Below, in pieces: positions 1 to 8,629 of a DNA stretch of 13,198 nt. The position numbers and the translations under genes were made by a program. Below the pieces are notes generated by a model. The model saw nothing but the letters and a program-made list of their open reading frames with translations. It did not search any database and was not told the DNA's origin. Positions within the stretch are counted from its first letter, which is position 1, and each line of letters opens with the position of its first letter. This DNA is from Octopus sinensis (Eukaryota): the NCBI RefSeq assembly GCF_006345805.1, contig NW_021826469.1:1-13198 (forward strand), written 5' to 3'.

Positions 1-79
1 GTCCCGTCCTGTGGTTCTTGGTCGTCTCTGTGGTGTTTCATGTTCTTGTCCATGTCTGTATTTAATTTTCTGTTTACCT
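1..79 (+). repeat. 3' end of an interspersed repeat, probably related to the hammerhead-bearing element at 3603-3765; cut by the window edge
   Basis: Shares ordered motifs with 3714-3770 (cgtcct..g, tttcatgtt, tacc followed directly by tatata) and ends on a (TA)n tract in the same way. Similarity is short and patchy. Confidence 0.4.
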
Positions 80-268
80 ATATATATATATATATACATG
101 CATGTATATATATATGTATGTGTATATATATATATATATATATGCATGTATTTATATATATATGCATGTATATATACACATTAGTTATTTATTTATTATT
201 ATTAGTTTAATCATCAATATTATCATCATCGTTGTTATTGTTGTTTTTTATTAGTGTTGTTGTTGTTC
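80..268. repeat. Compound microsatellite: (TA)n/(TATG) followed by decayed (ATT)/(GTT)
   Basis: Directly visible tandem units. Confidence 0.9.
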
Positions 269-493
269 TGGAAATAAAACAGGAATCGTACAGGGACACA
301 AGGTTTCGTGTGCACTCATTTTCAAGCAAAATTCACAATTTCTGAAGTAGAAACCGACAGAATTTTCTGCAATTAATAAATTGCACCGTTAATGTCACGT
401 TATTGCATTACAGAAATTTGAAAAGATACCGGTTAATAAAGCAGGGATAAGAAATGTAACTGTATTTTGTGTATTCAGAATAGATTGCAGACA

Positions 494-628
494 TACGAAG
501 GAGGGTTGAGGAAGCTTATAAGCTGACTATGAAGGCACGATGTTAGGAGATGTAGAATTTTGCATGCATTAATTTCTTTCCAGGTCACTTGGTGTCTGAC
601 TATTCTAAGAAGGCTTCAAAAGTAACTA
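494..628 (+). mobile_element. 5' end (TIR and leader) of a decayed mariner DNA transposon
   Basis: Begins TA-cgaaggagggttgaggaagctt, resembling mariner TIR openings after a TA target site. It lies directly upstream of the transposase remnant once the SINE at 629-1030 is removed. The boundary is from family recognition, and no matching 3' TIR is in the window. Confidence 0.6.
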
Positions 629-1030
629 GGCGCAGGAGTGGCTGTGTGGTAAGTAGCTTGCTAACCAGCCACATGGTTCCGGGTTCAGTCCCACTGCGTG
701 GCATCTTGGGCAAGTGTCTTCTGCTATAGCCCTGGGCCGACCAATGCCTTGTGAGTGGATTTGGTAGACGGAAACTGAAAGAAGCCTGTCGTATATATGT
801 ATATATATAGATATAAGTGTGTGCGTATATGTTTGTGTGTCTGTGTTTGTCCCCCTAGCATTGCTTGACAACCGATGCTGGTGTGTTTACGTCCCCGTCA
901 CTTAGCGGTTCGGCAAAAGAGACCGATAGAATAAGTACTGGGCTTACAAAGAATAAGTCCCGGGGTCGATTTTTTCGACTAAAGGTGTTGCTCCAGCATG
1001 GCCGCAGTCAAATGACTGAAACAAGTAAAA
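629..1030 (+). mobile_element. Full-length tRNA-derived SINE, family A, inserted in the mariner element
   Basis: Starts ggcgcagg; A-box-like gtggctgtgtggt (638-650) and B-box-like gggttcagtccc (681-692); internal (TA)/(TG) tract; ends gactgaaacaagtaaaag. Near-identical copies at 7247-7642 (-) and 12353-12711 (+). Confidence 0.92.
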
Positions 1031-1060
1031 GCGTAATAGTGATTTCTTTTTGGTTTTGTA

Positions 1061-1452
1061 GTGTTATCAAGTACCAGCACCAGCAGAAAAAAGGATTCAA
1101 GCAGACACGGTTGCTACATTAGGGGATGACGTTTCAGCTCTATGAACAGTACAAATGTAGACAACTGAATTTAGGAGAAGGAAGAGTCTTGAAGACGAGT
1201 AAAGTCTGGAGTCCTACTAATGCCCCCAACGAGGAAAACGTTGAACGTCTTCTCCACATGAGGACGGATGACAAGTGGTTGACTATAAATCAAATAAACA
1301 ATGCTATTAGTATATCCCCTGAGAGAGTAAAATGTATTCTGCGCAATGAATTTGGCAGGAGGAATGTTACTGGTTGGTGAGTGACTCGTCTTCTCATACC
1401 TGCTTAAAAGTGCACCAGGCTGATCACAACACTGAAATATCTGGCTCATTTG
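1061..1452 (+). pseudogene. Mariner transposase remnant, N-terminal DNA-binding HTH region, with frameshifts and stops
   Basis: Across three frames: VIKYQHQQKKG / VATLGDDVSAL*TVQM*TTEFRRRKSLEDE* / [55 protein letters not shown]. This matches the mariner order F..G..SLED..RSGRP, D.R.T...IA..L.IS...V..IL...LG and WVP(H/R)EL. The catalytic DD34D part is absent, and the sequence ends at a (TA)n tract. Confidence 0.9.
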
Positions 1453-1453
1453 A

Positions 1454-1518
<65 letters not shown>

Positions 1519-1623
1519 GAGAGGAGAGACCAAAGTGTACGTACGCCACTATATATAATATATATATATATGCATATATATATGTATGTCTATATATTAT
1601 ATATATATATATATATTATATAT

Positions 1624-1656
<33 letters not shown>

Positions 1657-1809
1657 GTATATATATACATATATATACATATATATATACATATATATAT
1701 ATACACACACACACAATATTTATATATATATATATATATATACACAACACACACACCCACACACACACACACACCACACAACACATATATATATATATAT
1801 ATATATATA
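1454..1809. repeat. Compound (TA)n/(CA)n microsatellite with a ~35-bp non-repetitive island at 1515-1549
   Basis: Directly visible; source of the YIYI/THTH ORFs. Confidence 0.95.
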
Positions 1810-1904
1810 GTTAATCCAACAAGAAGCACAAAAAAAACACACAACGCGAGGACGTGGAACAAATATAGTTTATTGGACGCTCAGGAAAGAAGGAAAGAAG
1901 TAGG

Positions 1905-1939
1905 GTTTAACGTTTCGAGCGGAGCTCTTCGTCGGAAAC
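1905..1939 (-). ncRNA. Candidate minimal type I hammerhead ribozyme, variant core (copy 1)
   Basis: Minus strand reads GUUU-CCGACGA-A-GAGC-UCC-GCUC-GAAAC-GUU-AAAC: stem I GUUU/AAAC, stem II GAGC/GCUC, palindromic stem III ACGU, cleavage triplet GUU. U4 is replaced by C. Confidence 0.62.
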
Positions 1940-2024
1940 ATAGGAGAAGGAAAGATCCAGAGAAAGGAAGACAGGGGGAAAAATCGCCAACGGTACACAC
2001 GAGGTCGAGCGCAAAACAAAAATA

Positions 2025-2242
2025 CGAAGTTTTCTTTCCTCAGTCAAGTACTAGATTATCTTCGCAATTTCGGCTGATTAAACTTTAGATTGCTCCAATC
2101 TGGCCAGCCCCAATGTATACATTCGGTGCTTCAAGGAATCTAATGCTCTTAGCTTAGCTTTTCCTTGGGGCTGGCCAGATTGGAGCAATCTCAAGTATAA
2201 TCAGCCGATAATCTGGTACTTGACTGATGAAAGAAAACTTCG
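2025..2242. repeat. Long inverted repeat: arms 2025-2113 and 2165-2242, 51-nt spacer
   Basis: By hand alignment 74 of 78 positions are complementary, plus an 11-nt insertion (ttcgcaatttc) in the left arm. The innermost 27 bp are perfect. Confidence 0.95.
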
Positions 2243-2507
2243 AATGACCCGTGCTTGTTTTCTTAGTATCGTCTATCAGGATGTTTTGTTGTCCCATTTT
2301 GTATGTTTTATATATATATAAGTATATATATATATATATATACAAGTAATGAGAGAGACCACATGTGGTCACTCTAACGCTAGAAATAGATCCGCAAAGG
2401 GAATCCACCACTAAAGAATTGTTCTCAAGCATTAATTCAACACGCCAAGAATGTAATCGGCAGCAGGACAATGAAAAATAACGAAAAAATAGATTAACTC
2501 TATACAA

Positions 2508-2574
<67 letters not shown>

Positions 2575-2655
2575 AGAGGAGAGAGAGAGAGAGAGAGATA
2601 GTGAGAGAGAGAGTTAATATATATATATATATATTTACCTCTCTCTCTCACTATA

Positions 2656-2700
<45 letters not shown>

Positions 2701-2779
2701 TTTGTGTGTATATATGTATGTTTTATATATATATATATATATTATATATACATATGCATATGCATGTATTTATATATAT
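2508..2779. repeat. Compound microsatellite (CT)n-(TA)n-(GA)n-(TA)n-(CT)n-(TA)n
   Basis: Directly visible. Confidence 0.95.
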
Positions 2780-3140
2780 GGTGGTACTCTGTCGCTTACG
2801 ACGACAAGGTTTCCAGTTGATCCGATAAACGGAACGCCAGATCGTGAAATTAAAGTGCAAGTGGCTGAGCTCTCCACAGACACGTGTGCCCTTAAAGTAG
2901 TTCTCGGGGATATTCAGCGTGACACAGAGTGTGACAAGGCTGGCCGTTTGAATTACAGGTACAACAGAAACAAGAAGTAAGAATGAGGGAAATTTGTGGT
3001 GAACGTTTACAGCAGAGTTCGCCACCATACCCTGCCAGGGCTTCGTGGAGCATTAGGTGTTTTCGCTCAATAAGCATTCACAACGCCCGGTCTTGGAATC
3101 GAAACCGCGACTCCGCTGCCCTAACCACTGGGTCATTGCC
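2780..3140 (-). mobile_element. tRNA-derived SINE, family C, near full length
   Basis: Minus strand begins ggcaatgacccagtggttagggcagc. A-box TGACCCAGTGG (3135-3125) and B-box-like GGTTTCGATTCC (3106-3095), followed by a ~310-bp body, with microsatellite DNA on both sides. Single copy in the window. Confidence 0.8.
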
Positions 3141-3380
3141 TATATACATACATATATATACAAGAATTAAAGAAAGGAGTAATGTATGTATTCTTTTTCG
3201 CATACTCGGTAACCTTGGTTGCCTACCGTGAAACATAAAAAGAACTTTTTTCAATCTATCGTACTTCGGAAAGCAAATATCCACAACCCTCCGGCCCAGT
3301 AAACCACTATTGTTCCTGAAAGTTGTTTTTTATATTTACTACGTATTGCTTGAAGCTAACTTTCTTCATTGGTTCTAATA

Positions 3381-3448
3381 TATACATGTATGTATGTATG
3401 TATGTATGTATGTATGTATGTATGTATGTATGTATGTATGTATGTATG

Positions 3449-3495
<47 letters not shown>

Positions 3496-3516
3496 TTATC
3501 TATCTATCTATCTAAA

Positions 3517-3556
<40 letters not shown>

Positions 3557-3569
3557 ATCTATCTGTCTA

Positions 3570-3602
<33 letters not shown>
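3381..3602. repeat. Compound microsatellite (TATG)n, then (TATC)n, then (TA)n
   Basis: Directly visible; source of the MYVC/IYLS ORFs. Confidence 0.97.
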
Positions 3603-3605
<3 letters not shown>

Positions 3606-3765
3606 TTTCCTTCTCTGGATCTTTCCTTCTCCTATGTTTCCGACGAAGAGCTGCGCTCGAAACGTTAAACCCTCCTTCTTTCCTGAGCGTCCAATAATAT
3701 TATATTTGTTCCACGTCCTCGCGTTTGTTGTGTTTTTTTTTTTTGTGCTTTCATGTTTGGATACC
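3603..3765 (+). mobile_element. Short PLE-type repeat with hammerhead motif, embedded in (TA)n on both sides
   Basis: Reverse-complement match to 1810-1974; (TA)n immediately left (3572-3602) and right (3766-3826). Confidence 0.7.
3636..3670 (+). ncRNA. Candidate minimal type I hammerhead ribozyme, variant core (copy 2)
   Basis: GTTT(3636-39) CCGACGA(3640-46) A GAGC(3648-51) TGC GCTC(3655-58) GAAAC(3659-63) GTT(3664-66) AAAC(3667-70). It differs from copy 1 only in the stem II loop. Confidence 0.62.

Positions 3766-3826
<61 letters not shown>
3766..3826. repeat. (TA)n microsatellite
   Basis: Directly visible. Confidence 0.95.
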
Positions 3827-3828
<2 letters not shown>

Positions 3829-4096
3829 AGCATTTAAATAATGAGGGAAATATATTGAATATTAATTTAATTAGTATCAATTTAAAACCAGTAGGCTAGC
3901 ATATAAAAAATATAAAAAATCAGAGAAAATTTCAATACATGTTTATATTTAGCGCTAAAAAACAACTAGGTGGACAGCCATATGCTAGAAGATCACATAC
4001 GATCTAGCTACAAAGAAAAATGTTCTCCAGAGAATATTCGGCGAACACCAGAACTTAGGCGGGCAAGATAGATTAAAAATTATCTAAAAATCAAGA

Positions 4097-4133
4097 TATA
4101 TATATATATATATATAATATATATATATATATA
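4097..4133. repeat. (TA)n microsatellite
   Basis: Directly visible. Confidence 0.95.
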
Positions 4134-4363
4134 GTGTTTTAATAAAGTATATGATTCGGTATTATCTGATAGTTGATGAATGATTTAGATATATTTCTCC
4201 ATTTTCTTATTTTGTATTATTAATTTATGGTAAAAATAATTTTACCTTTGCCCATCGCAATTCTTAACTTTATGTATTAGCTTTGTTGGGTACTTCTCTA
4301 GCAGTATATTGGATATATGTTATCCTGGAGGGTTGAATTTACAACCCCTATCATCATTTCTAA

Positions 4364-4394
4364 CTATATATATATATATATATATAGATATATA

Positions 4395-4437
<43 letters not shown>
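4364..4437. repeat. (TA)n microsatellite
   Basis: Directly visible. Confidence 0.95.
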
Positions 4438-4439
<2 letters not shown>

Positions 4440-4644
4440 TTATACGCATTCACATACACATTTACACAAAATATACTTATGCACAAAATATTGAAAGAAT
4501 AAGAGGTAAGTTTTTCAGCGAGTATCTTGCTTTTCAGTTTATCATTTTCCATGGTAGCATATAAGGCAGTGAGAGCCCGTAAGGTAACATTCATATACTG
4601 TGCAATGAAATTTAAGATTAATGGCAAACGAGTTCCACTATGCG

Positions 4645-4872
4645 AATGTGTGCATGTCTGTCTTTGTGTCCGTGTTAATTCCCACCCACTGCGTGACAAC
4701 CGGTTTTGCTCTGCTGTTTAAGTTTCTGTAACATAGTGGTATGGCAAATAGAACGATAGACTAAGTACCAGACGTTAAAGAATAGTATTGGAGTCTATTT
4801 GTTTGACTGAAACCCTTCAACACGGTGCTCCTAGCATGTTCGCAATCTAAAGACTAACAAAAGTAAAAGATA
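4645..4872 (+). mobile_element. Old, diverged 3' half of a family A-like SINE
   Basis: Collinear with 830-1030: tgtgtccg, tgacaaccg, ggcaaa..gaacgataga.taagtacca, ggtgctcc.agcatg, aagtaaaag. Confidence 0.75.
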
Positions 4873-5182
4873 AAAATAAAATATATGAATTCAAGACAAC
4901 TGTCAGATCTTAAAATCTTTCATAAGAATAAAGATTTACACTCGAAGAAGTTAAAATATAAGAATTCAAGACCAAAGCAAATGTGAATTTCATGCTAAAA
5001 ATCTAATTCACTGTAACAGTTTCTCTGAAGAATACTAGTAAAGCAAAAACTAAGTGGATGGATCAGTTCAGGATACATAAACAACAAATGAATTTATGCA
5101 GACTTCTAAACAAGTCCAATGGTGAAAAGTACATAGGAACAAATTATGTAAACTGGTGTTTATCGTAATTTCTCCTGTATTG

Positions 5183-5216
5183 TATATATATACATACATA
5201 CATATATACGTGTGTT

Positions 5217-5259
<43 letters not shown>

Positions 5260-5430
5260 ATATATATGTATAAATATATGCACATGTATACACAAATACA
5301 TACGTATACATTTATTTATAAATCTACATTTGTATAATGATATGTGTGTGTTGGTGTAAATGTATATATGTGTACGTGAATGTGTGTGTATGTATGTATG
5401 TGTGGTGTGTGTGTGTGTGTGTGTGTGTGT
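5183..5430. repeat. Alternating purine-pyrimidine microsatellite complex (TA/CATA/GT)
   Basis: Directly visible (GT)n runs at ~5222-5257 and ~5406-5430. Confidence 0.93.
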
Positions 5431-6033
5431 AGAAAAAGATAAAGAAAATTAGAATCCATGAAAGCTAAGTCACAGAAATAGATATGAAATTAAAACAGTT
5501 AAAACATGAAAACATCAGATAAAATTTAATAGCGAAAACAACACGACAATATAAAGATATAAGGTATTTGTTCATCGTACTTGTAGAGGGAGCCAGTGTG
5601 TAAACAGGAAGGATGACGTCAAAAACTACACGGAGAAAACAAATGGAGATAGAAGTCAATGATATCACCAGAGCTAATGTTATGTGTTATAATAACAGCA
5701 GAACATATCGTCAGGGGAATAGATAACGTCTCCATTTATAAGTAAAAAACAGTGATGAGCTCGAGGACGACCACAATATCTTCAAGAATTTAAACAAGAG
5801 ACTTTAGATAATAAAATAAACAAGGACTAGCTTCTACAACAACAGCAGTGACTGTAATTTATGAGTTAAAATCAATGTACCAATCAAAAGAGGACAAAAT
5901 GTGTAATTTGGGGTTTGTTACTTGTAAACGAAGGAATATAACCTTATAGACATGTAAATATATTTACTATTATAATAATAACAATTATAAATTGTTCTCC
6001 TGCCCCCTCTTTCTCCTCTGCTTCTTCTGATAG

Positions 6034-6130
6034 AGGTCGATAAAATAAGTACCAGTTAATCATGGGGGACGACGTTATCCCCCACTCCTCTGAAATTGCT
6101 GGCGTTGTGCCAAAATTTGTAACCAATATC
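6034..6130 (+). mobile_element. 3' fragment of SINE family B
   Basis: ggtcgataaaataagtaccag...gaaattgctggcgttgtgccaaaatttgtaaccaatat matches the reverse complement of 11792-11890. Confidence 0.8.
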
Positions 6131-6799
6131 AATCGAATATGAATGAGCTAGACAGTGACAAATATACGTGTCTGTACAAGTCGAGAGATTTAACGAATTC
6201 AACGTCCATTTTCCATGTCCATCGAAATTAGCTGAAATTTGAACATGTCGCACAAAATAAGATTCCATTGTACTTTATCTTCGTCGGATAAATAAATAGA
6301 TAAATGGATAAATAGATAAGTACCATCAAAACTAAAGTAAATCGTATTGGTTAAAACTTCTGTTTCAAACTGGACAAAATCAGCCTGTATAGAAAGAATT
6401 GTGTTTCAGGATTAGTAGAAATTGTCTCCGACTGGACGTGATAATTCACAAAATCTGCCTAATTCTTCATGTTTGAAAAGAGGATAAAGCAAGAAAGAAA
6501 AAGAGGGAGAGAGAGAGAGAGAGAAGGGAGAAGGCGATTATTGTAGAATCTGTTCAGAAAACTTCGAAGTCTTCAGTGTGTTTCTAAAAGATATTTCTTG
6601 GGCGAAACGAGGGAAAATGAAAACAAAAGCTTAGCCGCTACTGACAAAATGTCTGGGATTGCAAAAGTTTCAAGGGAGCTTCTATCTTGTGTTAACTGGT
6701 CCGTGAAGCAAGCAGATAATTCTGGAGGAAGTTGTCCATAAGTAGCCAGGGTTTAGGTTATTATGTATTTGAAAAGAACTGGCTATTTAGGTGCTGTAC

Positions 6800-7245
6800 A
6801 TAGTGGTATTAGTTATGGCGTGGGTAGTGGTGGTGGTGGTCATCGTCGTGGTGATTGTAATGGTGGTAGTGGTGATGATGGTGTTTTGATGATGGCGATA
6901 GTAAGGTGCTACTGGAGCTGGTGTTAGCGGTAGGGGAGCGGTAGTAGTGATTGTAGTGGTAGTGGTAGTGGTAGTGATGGTCCTGAAGGTGATGCTAGCG
7001 ATCATGGTGGTGATGGTGGTGGTTGTGGTGGCGGCAGCGGTGGTGGTGATGGAGAAGGTGGTGGTGGTGGTGGTGGTGGTGGGGTGGTAGTGGTGGTGCA
7101 GGTGCTGCTGCTGCTGGTAGTGATGGCTGTGTTGGCGCTAGTGTTTATGCTGCTTCTGTTGGGGACACTGCTAGTGGTAGGGGTGTTTGTGATGGTGGTT
7201 GTAGTGAGAAGTTTGCTGATGGTAGTGACGACGACGACGATAACG
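6800..7245. repeat. G-rich degenerate trinucleotide tract, (GGT)/(GTA)/(GAT)/(GCT)
   Basis: Directly visible; source of the poly-T and poly-V ORFs. Confidence 0.92.
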
Positions 7246-7246
7246 T

Positions 7247-7642
7247 CTCTTTTACTCTTTTACGTGTTTAAGTCATTTGACTGTGGCCATGCTGGAGCAC
7301 CGCTTTTTAGTCAGGCAAATCGAACTCATGTCTTATTCTTTGTAAGCCGAGTACTTATTCTATCGGTCTCTTTTGCCGAACCGCTAGGTTACGGGGCGTA
7401 AACACACCAGCATCGGTTGTCAACCGATGTTGGGCGGACAAACACAGACACAGAAATATATACATACACACATACATTTATATATATATACGACAAGCTT
7501 CTTTCAGTTTCCGTCTACCAAATCCACTCACAAGGCTTTGGTCGGCCCGAGGCTATAGTAGAAGACACTTGCCCAAGGTGCCACGAAGTGGGACTGAACC
7601 CGGAACCATGTGGTTCGTAAGCAAGCTACTTACCGCACAGCG
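7247..7642 (-). mobile_element. SINE family A, near full length, missing the first ~12 nt
   Basis: Reverse complement of ~641-1030 including the internal microsatellite; tail repeats (ttttactc)2 at the left end. Confidence 0.92.
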
Positions 7643-7865
7643 ACAACATCAAAGTTAATTTTATTGTTGTTGTCTATGTTTCTATTGAAATTTATGTTTG
7701 TCGTTGCTATTTATGGTATTGCAGTTTTTGTTGAGGCTGCTCTTGTTTTTGTCGACACAAATTATGCTTTTCTCTTTATTAATTTCGTTATTCCGATTAC
7801 AGTTGCTGCTTGCATTTGTTTTGTATCGTTCTTGTTATTTGTAACTTATGTTGCAGTAATAGATT
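7643..7865. repeat. Decayed (GTT)n-type low-complexity tract
   Basis: T/G-rich with recurring gtt/gct/att units. Confidence 0.6.
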
Positions 7866-8629
7866 TATATTCTTTTCATATGCTAACCCCTTTCTACAAC
7901 ACTGAGCGTTTGTTCCTTCGATAATAACTTTAATATTCCATTTTTCAGTCTTTTCTAATTTTCAATCTCCAAATACTTATGGAAAAACATACGTGACACG
8001 AGCGCAATCTATACAGACTTGGCTCCTGATTTGTCTGAGATTTCATAAAGTTAGCAAGCGATTTACAGTAACCCGACAAACAACTATGATTCTTATCTGA
8101 CAATGGCCAAAATTATTTTCGCCTAAATCCAAGATTAAATCCGGTCTTAAGAAGAATTATAAGAATTATTATTACGATTCAGCGTAAACTCTGAGAGAAG
8201 TTTATATCTTTCTTATTCTGTTTTATAGTTCAGATACACTTCCTGATTCCTGACAAGAAGAATAAGTCCGTGGAGTTTACTTTCTTCTTATTCTTGTATG
8301 ATTTTGAAATATTATGGCACTAAAGATCTCTGCTTATTATAATCATGTAACATACGTTATTTTAGATACTTGTTGGTTCAGCAAAGAAACTTTCATTAAT
8401 CATAAGACAATTTTATGCATATTTCACTCAAATGAATCGCTCATTGGCTTGAAAGAAAATAAGCTCCCTCGTCTCGTGTCAAATCTCCTATAAAATTCGA
8501 AGATCGCATTATTACGATTTCAAATCGTTATTACCATGCTCAATAAATCGTTTGATTTAGCAGTCTGAATACTGACGCCACTGTGGTCCAGTCAAACTAA
8601 ATCCCTTTCCTAAAATCCCCGCTGTAAAA

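Larger units (their letters stand above)
1810..2275 (-). mobile_element. Non-coding Penelope-like (PLE)-type repeat: internal fold-back plus terminal hammerhead-containing segment
   Basis: 1810-1974 is the reverse complement of 3603-3765 with a few indels. 2025-2242 is a long inverted repeat. Flanked by (TA)n on the left. The PLE assignment is inferred from the minimal hammerhead, and the right boundary is uncertain. Confidence 0.6.

Noticed and set aside
629-700. tRNA-like sequences at the SINE heads (also 8630-8715 and 3090-3140)
   Set aside because: A and B boxes are present but there is no complete cloverleaf, and each continues into a repeat body. They are SINE heads, not tRNA genes.
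1374-2088. Longest ORFs (146 aa and 212 aa) and the other YIYI/THTH/MYVC ORFs across the window
   Set aside because: They are translations of (TA)n, (CA)n and tetranucleotide repeats, which lack stops in some frames. No protein-like content.
2224-2250. CTGATGA-aag-aaaa-ctt-cGAAt in the hairpin arm (CTGAGGA on the opposite arm) as a further hammerhead
   Set aside because: Weak 3-bp stem II, GAAT or GTAT instead of GAAA, and no stem III, cleavage triplet or stem I partner.
4495-4590. Cluster of splice-like signals (AG/GTAAGT at ~4505, ttttcag acceptors, AAG/GTAACA at ~4583) suggesting a 46-nt micro-exon
   Set aside because: Such motifs are frequent by chance, and there is no recognisable peptide or partner exon. 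RNA-seq junction reads would be needed.
5431-5690. Minus-strand 67-aa ORF ending C...FNFISISVT*LSWI, loosely like a GPCR TM3/DRY region
   Set aside because: No DRY-like Arg (a stop is there instead), stops immediately upstream, and no other helices nearby. A-rich + strand DNA gives hydrophobic minus-strand translations by default.
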